NCBI GenBank assembly: GCA_023512135.1
Contig: JAIMAG010000012.1
Coordinates: forward strand, 4,735-68,734
Length of the DNA stretch: 64,000 bases
Direction of reading: 5' to 3'
DNA from: Terriglobia bacterium
GTDB lineage: Bacteria > Acidobacteriota > Terriglobia > Acidiferrales > UBA7541
Under the pieces are notes generated by a model. It was not told the DNA's origin. It searched no databases and worked only from the letters and a program-made list of their open reading frames with translations. Positions 10,327 to 21,293 of this stretch are shown here, in pieces (the stretch's first letter is position 1; each line of letters begins with the position of its first letter). A program made the position numbers and the translations under genes.

Positions 10327-12870
10327 ATGGCCACAGAGATCAGCAAACGCCTGGAACGCGCCAGAAAACTGGTGGAAAAAAACAAGCTGGAGAGCGCGAT
10401 CGAAGAGTATCAAGCGGCGCTGACCATCGAGCCAAACAACGCCGAGGTGTTGCAGGCGCTCGGCGACCTCTACAGCCGGCAGAACCAGACCGCGCAGGCG
10501 CTGCGGTACTACGGACTGCTGTTCGACCGCTGCTTCGAGACCGGCGAAGCGAACCGGGCCATCATTCTCTTTCAGCGTTTTTTGAAATCAGCGACGCAGC
10601 CACCCGAGCGCATCCTGCGCTACGCGACACTGCTGCAGAAGCAGGAACGGCGCGAGGAAGCCATCGAGGAATACTCCAACGCCGCCGAAAGTTTTCTGGC
10701 CCAGGGCAACCGCGCCGAAGCCTTCCGCTGCTGGGAACGGCTGGCCCTGCTCGACCCGGACAACCCCGAACGGCATCTGAAACTGGCCGAAGCCGGCGAA
10801 GCACTCGGCCAGACCGAAGTGGCAGCGCGGGCTTACTTCCGCGCGGCCCAGCTCGTGCAGGCCACTGGTGATCTGGATCGCGCGCTGGAGCACTTCGCCC
10901 GGGCCAGCCGGCTAGCGCCGACGGAGCGCAGCATCTGCCTGTTCTATGCCGAGGCCCTGCTGCGCAAAGGGGATGCCGCACGAGCCTCGGCCCTGCTGGA
11001 GCCGTTCGCCGCAGGCGAGTTGGATGCGCAGTTCCAGCTCGTCTTCGGCGAAGCGCTGCTGCGGACGGGTGAACTGGACCGGGCGCGACCGCTGCTCGAA
11101 GCGTACTACCGCGCCCGCGGCGGGAGTTTCGAAAAACTGTTTCATCTGGCGGAAGCCTATCTGGCCGCCGGCCGCGCGGCCTCGGGACTGGAAGTGCTCG
11201 AGAATCTGAAGCAGGAGCTGTTTGGCCGGAAGCGGCAGAACGAGTGGATCGCCGAGTTCGACCGCATCGCCGAACGGCATCCGGATTCGCTGCCGCTGGC
11301 CGAGTTCGGCGCTCAGGTGTTCAACGAACTGAACCGGGAAGGCAAATATTTCGACTTTCTGGCCCGGCTGTTCGATCTGCACCTGCGGGAAGGCAACGTG
11401 GCCGGCGCCTGCGATGCGCTGGATCGTCTGGTCGACATCGACGCCTACGATCACGGGCACCAGCGTCGGCTGGCTGCGCTGGAGGGCAAGGCCGAGCCGG
11501 AGTTCCTGGGACGCATCCGCTCGCGGCTGGCGCAGATTTCGGGCGGCGCTGCGAGCAACGTCGTGCGGGCCGAATCGACCGAAACGACTCCGGCGGTGCG
11601 GCACAGCGGAGAGGCGGAACGGTCGGGCACGCTCGAAGACCTGATCGTGCAGGCGGAAATCTTCCTGCAGTATGGCCTGGGGGCCAAGGTGGTCGAGCGG
11701 CTGGAACGCATCGCGCAGATGTTCCCCGGCGAAGAAGAGCGCAACGAACGGCTGCGTCATCTCTACGAAGCGGCGAACTGGTGGCCGGCCGGCACCAAGC
11801 GCACACCGGCAACGGCGCTGACGACCAGCCGGGAGACGCACGCGGCGAGCTACAGTGCGGAAACCCTGCGTGACCTGGCAAAAATTTCGGAAATCAACCA
11901 GCTCATCTACCGACAGGGAACACCGAAAGCAGTGCTTTCCGCGGCGGTAAACGAAGTCGGCAAATACCTGCGAGCGGCGCGATGCCTGGCAGCCGTGGGA
12001 CCGCCCGGGCAACCGCCGCAAGTGGCTGCAGAATTCTGCGCGCCGGGTATGGAGCCTTCGCCACCGGCGCAGGTGGTTCGGCTGCTGGCACGGTTCGAGC
12101 AGACCGCCCCGGACGCCCTCGGCGGGATGACGCTGGAGGCCGCCATCGCGCCGGTGCTGCGCGAGCTGGGACTGGAAACAGCGCTGGCCGTGCAACTGAC
12201 CGACAAAGAAACGCACACACCTGCAGGGGTGTTGCTCGTCGGACACGCGGCCCCACGCGACTGGCAGCCGAACGAAATCTATTTCCTGCAGGCCATCGGC
12301 GATCAGATGCTGCTCTCGGTACATCACACACGACTGCGCACGCTGGTGCGCACGCTGGCCGTGGCCGATGAACGCACCGGCCTGCTGAGCCGGAGCTCCT
12401 ATTACGACTGCCTGCTGAACGAAGCCGGCCGAGCCCGCCTGCAGGGAACGCCACTGGCGCTCGTGCTGCTCCAGATGGACCAGGGCAAGGAGATCGCTCG
12501 GCGACAGGGCGAGACGGTACTGGAGCGGTGCTTCGAACAGGTAGCGCAAAAACTGCAGGCCGCGGTGCGGCAGAACGACCTTGCCGTAAAGTACACGGCG
12601 TGGTCGCTAGCCTTCATCCTGCCCGACACGAGCCTGGCGAATGCGCGCACGCTGGCGGAAAAGTTGCGTACAATAGGCACGGCCATGCGGCCACTGGGAG
12701 ACCAGAAGCCGGTGACGTTCAGCGCAGCGGTGGTGGAGGCCGTGGCACGACCGGATTTTGAAAACGAAGACGTCGTCACCGATGTGATCAACCGGGCCGA
12801 GTTCGCGCTGGAAGAAGCGCGGGCACGCGGCGGCAACACCGTGGTGGCGCTGCCGAGCCCGGCGGTGTGA
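10327..12870 (+). CDS. TPR-repeat / GAF / degenerate GGDEF-domain signalling protein
   Basis: N-terminal half has TPR-like repeats (AIEEYQAALTIEPNNAEVLQALGDLY...). Middle GAF-like segment (ISEINQLIY...YFLQAIGDQMLLSV). C-terminal GGDEF fold (DERTGLLSRSSY...VRQNDLAVKYTAWSLAFILPDT...ALEEARARGGNTV) with TAWSL in place of GG(D/E)EF. Start taken at ATG 10327. Confidence 0.8.
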   Translation: MATEISKRLERARKLVEKNKLESAIEEYQAALTIEPNNAEVLQALGDLYSRQNQTAQALRYYGLLFDRCFETGEANRAIILFQRFLKSATQPPERILRYATLLQKQERREEAIEEYSNAAESFLAQGNRAEAFRCWERLALLDPDNPERHLKLAEAGEALGQTEVAARAYFRAAQLVQATGDLDRALEHFARASRLAPTERSICLFYAEALLRKGDAARASALLEPFAAGELDAQFQLVFGEALLRTGELDRARPLLEAYYRARGGSFEKLFHLAEAYLAAGRAASGLEVLENLKQELFGRKRQNEWIAEFDRIAERHPDSLPLAEFGAQVFNELNREGKYFDFLARLFDLHLREGNVAGACDALDRLVDIDAYDHGHQRRLAALEGKAEPEFLGRIRSRLAQISGGAASNVVRAESTETTPAVRHSGEAERSGTLEDLIVQAEIFLQYGLGAKVVERLERIAQMFPGEEERNERLRHLYEAANWWPAGTKRTPATALTTSRETHAASYSAETLRDLAKISEINQLIYRQGTPKAVLSAAVNEVGKYLRAARCLAAVGPPGQPPQVAAEFCAPGMEPSPPAQVVRLLARFEQTAPDALGGMTLEAAIAPVLRELGLETALAVQLTDKETHTPAGVLLVGHAAPRDWQPNEIYFLQAIGDQMLLSVHHTRLRTLVRTLAVADERTGLLSRSSYYDCLLNEAGRARLQGTPLALVLLQMDQGKEIARRQGETVLERCFEQVAQKLQAAVRQNDLAVKYTAWSLAFILPDTSLANARTLAEKLRTIGTAMRPLGDQKPVTFSAAVVEAVARPDFENEDVVTDVINRAEFALEEARARGGNTVVALPSPAV

Positions 12871-12878
12871 GGGAGAGA

Positions 12879-14066
12879 ATGTTTCCGACCGACGTGGTGA
12901 TCGTGGCCGGCGCGCGGACGCCGATGGCGCGCTATGTGGGCGCCTTCAAGGACATCAGCGCGATTGACCTGGGCGTGGTGGCGGCCCGCGAGGCGATCCG
13001 CCGCGCCGGCGCCGATCCCGCCGAGTTCGATCACGTCATCTTCGGCAACGTGCTGCAGACCTCGGGCGACGCGATCTACGGGGCACGTCATGTGGGCCTG
13101 AAGGCGGGGCTGCGCGAGGAAACACCCGCGGTGACGGTGAACCGACTGTGCGGCTCGGGGATCGAGGCGATCATTCAGGCGGCGCAGCGCATCCTGCTCG
13201 GCGAAGCCAACCTGGTGCTGGCCGGAGGGATGGAAAACATGACTCAGGCGCCGCACGTGATTCGCGGGGCGCGGAGCGGCTTCCGGCTGGGCGAAGGCAA
13301 ACTGGAAGATTCGCTGATGGTGGCGCTGCTGGACAGCTACTCCGGCTGCACGATGGCCGACACGGCGGAAAATCTGGCCGCTGTCTACGGCATCACCCGT
13401 CAGGAGTGCGACGCCTATGCCCTGCGCAGTCAGCAGGCCGCTGAAGCAGCGTACCAGTCCTGCCGTATGAAAGAGGAACTGGTGCCGGTCGAAGTGCGTA
13501 CGGGCCGGAAAACAGAGCTGTTCAGCGAAGACGATCACCGCCGCCCCGACACGACCCTGGAGACGCTGGCCAAGCTGCCCCCGGCGTTCCGCAAAGACGG
13601 ATTGGTGACGGCCGGCAACGCCAGCGGCATCGTCGATGGCGCCGCCGCGGTCGTCGTCACTCATCAAAAGACGGCCCGGGAACGAGGTTGGAAGCCGCTG
13701 GGGCGCATCGTCGCCTGGGCGGTGGTCGGCGTTGAGCCGCGGATCATGGGCATCGGGCCGGTGCCCGCTTCGCGCAGGGCGTTGCAGGCAGCCGGGCTGA
13801 AACTGGAGCAGATGGACCTGATCGAGGTGAACGAAGCATTCGCGGCACAGTATCTGGCGGTGGAGAAAGAGCTCGGGTTGGATCGCGAGAAGACCAACGT
13901 CAACGGCGGCGCCATCGCCCTGGGCCATCCGCTCGGCGCCACCGGCACGCGCCTGGTGCTCACGCTGCTCTACGAACTGCGCCGACGCGGAAAGCGCTAC
14001 GGCCTGGCCACCGCCTGCATTGGCGGCGGCCAGGGCATCGCCATGATTGTGGAATCCCTGCAGTAA
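12879..14066 (+). CDS. acetyl-CoA C-acetyltransferase (thiolase II)
   Basis: Contains VVIVAGARTPMARY, VNRLCGSGIEAI (active Cys), NGGAIALGHPLGATG and CIGGGQGIAM. GGGAGAG Shine-Dalgarno before ATG 12879. Confidence 0.92.
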   Translation: MFPTDVVIVAGARTPMARYVGAFKDISAIDLGVVAAREAIRRAGADPAEFDHVIFGNVLQTSGDAIYGARHVGLKAGLREETPAVTVNRLCGSGIEAIIQAAQRILLGEANLVLAGGMENMTQAPHVIRGARSGFRLGEGKLEDSLMVALLDSYSGCTMADTAENLAAVYGITRQECDAYALRSQQAAEAAYQSCRMKEELVPVEVRTGRKTELFSEDDHRRPDTTLETLAKLPPAFRKDGLVTAGNASGIVDGAAAVVVTHQKTARERGWKPLGRIVAWAVVGVEPRIMGIGPVPASRRALQAAGLKLEQMDLIEVNEAFAAQYLAVEKELGLDREKTNVNGGAIALGHPLGATGTRLVLTLLYELRRRGKRYGLATACIGGGQGIAMIVESLQ

Positions 14067-14091
14067 CACCCTGTATCCCGGAGGAGCACGG

Positions 14092-14976
14092 ATGTCCATA
14101 CAGAAAGTAGGCGTGGTGGGCTGCGGCCTGATGGGCTCCGGCATCGCGCAGGTGTGCGCGCAGGCCGGCTGCGAGGTCGTGGTCCGCGAGGTGAATCAGG
14201 AGCTGGTGGACAAGGGGCTGAAGAACATCGAGAAGAATCTGCAGCGGCTGGTGGAGAAGGGCGCGCTCAGCGAAACCGAACGCGACCACACCCGCGCACG
14301 CCTGCGCGGCACCACCAGCCTGAGCGAGCTGCGCGACACCGACCTGGTCATCGAAGCCATCACCGAACAACTGCCGGCAAAGAAGGAGCTGTTCGGCGAG
14401 CTGGACCGGCTCTGCCCGAAAACCACGATTTTCGCCAGCAACACTTCGTCGCTGTCCATCACGGAGATGGCCTTCAGCACGCAGCGACCCGAGCGCTTCC
14501 TCGGCCTGCACTTCTTCAACCCAGTGCCGGTGATGAAGCTGGTGGAGGTAATCCGCACGATCGCCACCGATCCGCAGGTGTTCGAGCAAGCGGTGGCGTT
14601 TGCCGAACGGCTGGGAAAAGTGCCGGTGCGAACCGTGGACCGCACCGGTTTCATCGTGAACCGGTTGCTGGTGCCCTACCTGCTCGATGCCATCCGCGCG
14701 CTCGAAGAAGGTGTAGGCAGCATCCCCGACATCGACAACTCGATGAAACTGGGCTGCGGCTATCCGATGGGGCCGTTCACGCTGCTCGATTTCGTTGGAC
14801 TCGATACGACCTACTACATCGCGGAAATCATGTTCAACGAGTTCCGCGAAAAGCGTTTTGCGCCGCCGCCCCTGCTGAAACGCCTGGTTGCCGCCGGCTG
14901 GCACGGGCGCAAGGCCGGCCGCGGCTTCTATGACTACAGCGACCCGAAAAATCCGGTTCCCATGCGGTTGACGTAA
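14092..14976 (+). CDS. hbd: 3-hydroxybutyryl-CoA dehydrogenase
   Basis: Contains KVGVVGCGLMGSGIAQ (Rossmann), ASNTSSLSITE, LGLHFFNPVPVMKLVEV and GRKAGRGFYDY. GGAGGAG Shine-Dalgarno before ATG 14092. Confidence 0.92.
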   Translation: MSIQKVGVVGCGLMGSGIAQVCAQAGCEVVVREVNQELVDKGLKNIEKNLQRLVEKGALSETERDHTRARLRGTTSLSELRDTDLVIEAITEQLPAKKELFGELDRLCPKTTIFASNTSSLSITEMAFSTQRPERFLGLHFFNPVPVMKLVEVIRTIATDPQVFEQAVAFAERLGKVPVRTVDRTGFIVNRLLVPYLLDAIRALEEGVGSIPDIDNSMKLGCGYPMGPFTLLDFVGLDTTYYIAEIMFNEFREKRFAPPPLLKRLVAAGWHGRKAGRGFYDYSDPKNPVPMRLT

Positions 14977-15054
14977 TGCAGAACGAAACCATGAACTCCA
15001 ACGAACAGGCCGTTTTTTCTGAGTGAATTTGCCGCGCACCAGGAGCGTTCTTTT

Positions 15055-15837
15055 ATGGCCTACGAAAACATTCTTTATGAAAAACGCGACGGGATTGCCT
15101 ACATCACGTTTCACCGGCCGAAGGTGCTGAACGCACTGAACCGCAAGACCGTGGAAGAACTGGCCGATGCGCTGCGCGACGCGCGGGAAGACGAAGCGGT
15201 CCGCGTGCTGATTCTGACCGGCGCCGGCGAAAAGTCTTTCGTCGCCGGCGCTGACATCAACGAGCTGGCTCAGCAGACGCCGGTAGACGGCAAGGAATTT
15301 TCGCTGTTCGGCCAGGCAGTTTTCCGGCAACTGGAAACGCTGGGCAAACCCTCGATTGCGGCTATCAACGGCTATGCGTTGGGCGGTGGCTGCGAGCTGG
15401 CGCTGGCCTGCTCGATTCGCATTGCCGCAAAAACCGCCAAACTCGGCCAGCCGGAAGTCAAGCTGGGCATCATCCCCGGCTACGGGGGCTCGCAGCGGCT
15501 GGCCCGACTCTGCGGCAAGGGGGTGGCCCACGAGTTGATCCTGACCGGTGAAGCCATTTCGGCCGAAGAAGCCCTGCGCATCGGCCTGGTGAACCGCGTG
15601 GTCGAGCCCGCCGAACTGATTCCCACGGCGGAAGCCATCGCGAAGAAAATCATCGCCAACGCGCCGCTGGCGGTGAAGTTCGCCATGGAAGCCATCGAAC
15701 ACGGCCTCGAGATGCCGCAGGAAGAAGGTCTGTTTCTCGAAGCCACGCTGTTCGGGTTGTGCTGCGCCACCGAAGACATGCGCGAGGGCACGCGCGCGTT
15801 TCTCGAAAAACGGCCGGCGCAGTTCCGTGGGCGGTAG
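15055..15837 (+). CDS. crt: enoyl-CoA hydratase (crotonase family)
   Basis: Contains ITFHRPKVLNALN, ILTGAGEKSFVAGADI, AAINGYALGGGCELALAC and EGTRAFLEKR. Confidence 0.9.
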   Translation: MAYENILYEKRDGIAYITFHRPKVLNALNRKTVEELADALRDAREDEAVRVLILTGAGEKSFVAGADINELAQQTPVDGKEFSLFGQAVFRQLETLGKPSIAAINGYALGGGCELALACSIRIAAKTAKLGQPEVKLGIIPGYGGSQRLARLCGKGVAHELILTGEAISAEEALRIGLVNRVVEPAELIPTAEAIAKKIIANAPLAVKFAMEAIEHGLEMPQEEGLFLEATLFGLCCATEDMREGTRAFLEKRPAQFRGR

Positions 15838-15870
15838 CCGAACGCAAGCCTGCTGCGGGAGGAGCTCCGG

Positions 15871-16404
15871 GTGAACGCACAGCGCAAAACGAACGAACTC
15901 CACGGCCAGCTCGACGCGCGCGGACTGCGCTTCGGCCTGGTGGTGAGCCGGTTCAACAGCTTCATCACCGAGCGGTTGCTGGCGGGCGCGCTGGAAGCCC
16001 TGGCCCGCGCTGGCGCAGAGGAAAAACAGATCGACGTGGTGCGGGTGCCCGGCTCGTTTGAAATTCCGCTGGCGGCGAAAAAGATGGGCGCGTCGGGCCG
16101 ATACGATGCCGTCGTCTGCATTGGCTGCATTCTGAAGGGCCAGACCGACCACTACAGCTACATCGCCACCGAGACCGCGCGCGGCGTGCAACTGGCGCAG
16201 GTCGAAACAGGCGTCCCGATGATTTTCTGCGTGCTGACCTGCGACACGCTCGAGCAAGCCGTCGACCGCGCCGGAGCCAAAAGCGGCAACCGTGGCTACG
16301 AGGCCGGCCTCGCGGCAGTGGAAATGGCCCGGCTGATGCAGAAGCTCTCCGGCCATTCCACCTCCGGCACCACGACGCACGCGGCAAAGCGGAGTCGCCG
16401 CTGA
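15871..16404 (+). CDS. ribH: 6,7-dimethyl-8-ribityllumazine synthase
   Basis: Contains RFGLVVSRFNSFITERLL, VPGSFEIP, GCILKGQTDHYSYI and NRGYEAGLAAVEM. GTG start with GGGAGGAG Shine-Dalgarno. Confidence 0.92.
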   Translation: MNAQRKTNELHGQLDARGLRFGLVVSRFNSFITERLLAGALEALARAGAEEKQIDVVRVPGSFEIPLAAKKMGASGRYDAVVCIGCILKGQTDHYSYIATETARGVQLAQVETGVPMIFCVLTCDTLEQAVDRAGAKSGNRGYEAGLAAVEMARLMQKLSGHSTSGTTTHAAKRSRR

Positions 16405-16405
16405 C

Positions 16406-16816
16406 ATGTCGCGGCGGCGCAAGGCGCGTGAATTTGCTCTGCAGATGCTGTTTCGCTGGGAGATGAACCGCGAAGAACCGGCTGCGCTCCAGGCGAGCTT
16501 CTGGCAGTCGGCCCGCGCGGCGCGCGATACCCGCGAATTCGCCAATCAGCTCTTCGCGGGCGCCGTAGCGCATGCGGCAGAAACAGACGCGCTGCTCGCC
16601 CAACACTCCGAACACTGGCGGCTGGAGCGCATGGCCGCGGTGGACCGCAACATTCTGCGCCTGGCGGTCTATGAGCTTCGCTGCACCAGCACGCCGGCTG
16701 CGGTCGTCATCAACGAAGCGCTCGAGCTGGCCAAGAAGTTTTCCTCCGAAGAATCCGCCGCATTTCTGAACGGCATCCTGGATGCCATCCACAAAGCTGC
16801 CGCTGACACGCGCTGA
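16406..16816 (+). CDS. nusB: transcription antitermination factor NusB
   Basis: Contains RRKAREFALQMLF, DRNILRLAVYEL and VINEALELAKKF..FLNGILD. Conserved ribH-nusB pairing, 1 nt after the ribH stop. Confidence 0.92.
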   Translation: MSRRRKAREFALQMLFRWEMNREEPAALQASFWQSARAARDTREFANQLFAGAVAHAAETDALLAQHSEHWRLERMAAVDRNILRLAVYELRCTSTPAAVVINEALELAKKFSSEESAAFLNGILDAIHKAAADTR

Positions 16817-16828
16817 AGCGTGCAAGGG

Positions 16829-18184
16829 CTATTCGGTGGTTTTCACTTCTGCGGTGAGTCGCCCGCGGGCGAGCTGTATGCGCACCGGGTCGCCCGGAGC
16901 CAGCTGAGCGGAAGCGCGGACGATGTGACCTGCCGCGTCGTAGACAATGGCGTAGCCGCGTTCCAGGACGCGGAGCGGGCTGCGCTCTTCCAGTTGCACG
17001 CGCAACCGGCCCAGATGGTGCCGCTTTTCGGCCAGCAGGCGTTCGACCCGCCCGACGAGCTCGGCCGTGCGCTGTTCGAGCCGGCTGCGCAGCCGCGCGA
17101 TCCGGGAACGGAAATCGTATGCGGCCAGGCGCGCAGCGGCCAGACGAAAGCGCTGGCGGAGAGCATCGGTGCGGCGCTGCAGGGCATGGCCCAGGGCAAA
17201 GAGGGCGTCGTCGAGACGCTGGCGGGATTCGCGGAGGCGGTCTTCGACCCGGCGAAACGCGCGGTGGGCTTGCAGATCGCTGAACTGCTGGCGCCAGTCG
17301 GAAAGCAGCAGTCGCATCTGCTGCGCCAGGCGACGGCGCAGCTCCGCGATGTGTCGCTCGAATTCCTGTTGCGTGCGCACGAGCATTTCCGCGGCCGCGG
17401 ACGGGGTGGGCGCACGCAGGTCAGCGACAAAATCGGCAATGGTGAAGTCAATTTCGTGGCCGACACCACTGATTACCGGGATGCGGGAGGCGAAAATTGC
17501 GCGAGCGACGATTTCTTCGTTGAACGCCCAGAGGTCTTCGAGCGAGCCGCCGCCGCGCGCGACGATCAGCACGTCGGCTGCGGCGGCGCGGTTAAACCAG
17601 GCAATGGCCTCGGCGATTTCGCGCGCAGCACCTTCGCCCTGCACGCGCACCGGGAACAGCAACAGGTGCAGGTTCGGGTGACGGCGTCGCAACACGCGGA
17701 AAATATCGCGCACGGCAGCACCGGTCGGAGAAGTAATCAGGCCGACGCGACGCGGCAGCAGCGGCAGCGGCTTTTTGCGCGCAGGGTCGAACAGGCCTTC
17801 GGCTTCCAGCTTGCGTTTCAGTTGTTCAAAGGCGAGCTGCAACGCGCCCAGGCCGACCGGTTCCAGCACGTCCACATAGAGCTGATATTCGCCGCGGGTC
17901 TCATAAACACTGAGCGAGCCACGTGCCCGGACGTGCAGGCCGTCCTCGGGACGAAATTTCAGCAGGCGGGCCTGCGTGCGGAAACAGACGCAGCGGAGCT
18001 GGGCACGGGCATCTTTCAGGGTGAAGTAGTAGTGGCCGGATTGGGCCTCGCGAAAATTCGAGATTTCGCCTTCGACCCAGAGGTCGTGGAATTCGGCCTC
18101 CAGCAGGTCGCGGATACGCAGGGTCAGCTCGCTGACGCTCCAGACCCTTCGTTCCGGCGCGAGATTGAGCGGAAGCTGGTTCAT
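16829..18184 (-). CDS. xseA: exodeoxyribonuclease VII large subunit
   Basis: Contains VWSVSELTLRIRDLLE..WVEGEISNF....SGHYYFTLKD (OB fold), ITSPTGAAVRD and RGGGSLEDLWAFN. Confidence 0.93.
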   Translation of the reverse strand: MNQLPLNLAPERRVWSVSELTLRIRDLLEAEFHDLWVEGEISNFREAQSGHYYFTLKDARAQLRCVCFRTQARLLKFRPEDGLHVRARGSLSVYETRGEYQLYVDVLEPVGLGALQLAFEQLKRKLEAEGLFDPARKKPLPLLPRRVGLITSPTGAAVRDIFRVLRRRHPNLHLLLFPVRVQGEGAAREIAEAIAWFNRAAAADVLIVARGGGSLEDLWAFNEEIVARAIFASRIPVISGVGHEIDFTIADFVADLRAPTPSAAAEMLVRTQQEFERHIAELRRRLAQQMRLLLSDWRQQFSDLQAHRAFRRVEDRLRESRQRLDDALFALGHALQRRTDALRQRFRLAAARLAAYDFRSRIARLRSRLEQRTAELVGRVERLLAEKRHHLGRLRVQLEERSPLRVLERGYAIVYDAAGHIVRASAQLAPGDPVRIQLARGRLTAEVKTTE

Positions 18185-18235
18185 CTGCGCAAATTGTAGG
18201 GGAAATACGGGAGAAGGGAAAGCAACCCGACGAAG

Positions 18236-18469
18236 CTACTTCCGGAACAGCGCGACCAGCCACAGAATCAACGTCAGTACGGCACTCAGCAGCAGCGAAG
18301 TGACGATGGGAAAGTAAACCGTCGTGTTGCGGCCCTCCCAGACGAGATCGCCCGGCAGGCGACCGAGCCGAAACGGCAGCCGCGGCCCCAACGTCAGCAG
18401 TGCACCGACCACCAGAAAAACCACTCCGAGCAAAATGAACAGTTTGCCCATCTCGCGCAGCGGCTCCAT
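18236..18469 (-). CDS. small membrane protein, DUF2905-like
   Basis: 77 aa with two hydrophobic helices flanking RLPGDLVWEGRNTTVYFPI, the signature I associate with DUF2905. Confidence 0.65.
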   Translation of the reverse strand: MEPLREMGKLFILLGVVFLVVGALLTLGPRLPFRLGRLPGDLVWEGRNTTVYFPIVTSLLLSAVLTLILWLVALFRK

Positions 18470-18623
18470 GCGACTATTGTAGCCGGAAGACGAGCTCTGC
18501 GGTCACTGCTCGGCCGGTGCCTGCTCTGCGAGGGAACATGTCCCCCAGCGCGAGGAACGCGCCCGGGCACCCGGGCGATGTGCCGTTCGCCACGCTCGAG
18601 CGAGAAGAAACACCCTGTTGCCG

Positions 18624-19040
18624 CTACAGCTCGTAGGCGGCGAAAAAGTAGCTGACCTCGAACGCGGCGGTTTCCGGAGCATCGGAGCCGTGCGTGCAGT
18701 TGTTCTGAATCGAGGTGCCAAATTCGCGGCGGATGGTGCCTGGAGCGGCCTTGGCCGGGTCGGTGGCTCCCATCAGGTCGCGCCAGCGCAGAATGGCGTT
18801 TTCACCTTCGAGCACCATCACGATCACTTTGCCCGAAGACATGAATTCCGTCAGGTCCTGGAAAAACGGACGCTCGCGATGCACCGCATAGAAACCTTCC
18901 GCTTCGGCCCGGCTCAGGCGCAGCGACTTGATCGCCACAATCTGCAGGCCAGCCCGGTGAATTCGCGAAAGAATCTCGCCGGTCAGGTTGCGGCGGACGG
19001 CGTCGGGTTTGATGATGGCGAGCGTGCGTTCGACGGACAA
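18624..19040 (-). CDS. ndk: nucleoside-diphosphate kinase
   Basis: Contains [22 protein letters not shown]-like segment, GATDP..A.PGTIR and NCTHGSD (active His). Confidence 0.95.
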   Translation of the reverse strand: MSVERTLAIIKPDAVRRNLTGEILSRIHRAGLQIVAIKSLRLSRAEAEGFYAVHRERPFFQDLTEFMSSGKVIVMVLEGENAILRWRDLMGATDPAKAAPGTIRREFGTSIQNNCTHGSDAPETAAFEVSYFFAAYEL

Positions 19041-19059
19041 CGTTCCTCCTCAACGAGAA

Positions 19060-19940
19060 CTATCCCACCCGCGCGCCCAGCACCCTGGCCACGGTAGCGC
19101 CGATTTCCGCCGGACTGGCCACCGTGTGGATGCCGGCGGCGCGCAGGGCGGCGTACTTTTCGGCGGCAGTACCCTGACCACCACTGATGATCGCACCGGC
19201 ATGTCCCATGCGGCGGCCGGGCGGTGCTGTCTGGCCGGCGACAAAACCGATCACCGGCTTACGGACGTGCTCGCGGACGAAAGCAGCAGCCAGTTCTTCC
19301 GCGTTGCCGCCGATTTCCCCGATCAGGACGATGGCGTGGGTTTCCGGGTCGTCGTTGAACAAACGGATGGCCTCCAGGAAACTGGTGCCCACGATGGGGT
19401 CGCCGCCGATGCCGATGCAGGTGGATTGTCCGATGCCGAGCCGCGAGAGCTGGTCGACGGCTTCGTACGTCAGCGTGCCGCTGCGGCTCACGACCCCGAC
19501 GTGGCCGGGCTTGTGAATCGGGCCGGGCATGATGCCGATTTTGCATTTTCCCGGGGAGATGATCCCCGGGCAGTTCGGGCCAATCAGGCGGGTACGACCG
19601 CTGCGGGCAAGCACGGCGGCCACGCGCACCATGTCGAGCGTCGGGATGCCCTCGGTGATGCAGACGACGAGCGGAATGCCGGCATCGGCGGCTTCGAGAA
19701 TAGCATCGGCGGCAAACGCCGGCGGCACAAAAATGACCGAGGCGTTGGCGCCGGTTTCGCGCACGGCTTGCTGGACGGTGTTGAAGACCGGCCGCTCCAG
19801 GTGTTTCGTGCCACCTTTGCCGGGAGTGACGCCACCGACGATGTTCGTGCCGTAGTCGATCATCTGCGTCGCGTGGAAGGTACCCTCGCGTCCGGTGAAT
19901 CCCTGCACGAGCACGCGGGTGGACTGGTCTACGAGAATGC

Positions 19941-19944
<4 letters not shown>
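19060..19944 (-). CDS. sucD: succinyl-CoA synthetase alpha subunit
   Basis: Contains [42 protein letters not shown] and [11 protein letters not shown] (phospho-His). Confidence 0.96.
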
Positions 19945-21110
<1,166 letters not shown>

Positions 21111-21293
21111 AGCGGCCTGCGCGAAATCGTCATCGGGCCGACTGCCGCGGAAGCAAAACGCGGTGCCGGCTGCGCCGGATGGCTCCGGGCGCTGTGCGCG
21201 GCACCGGACGGTGCTAAGATGCTCCCGTCAGAACCGGACAAAGCGCAGCAGTTTACCCTGAAGCGGAAAACGCAGCAAGAGAGGCCGGGCCCG

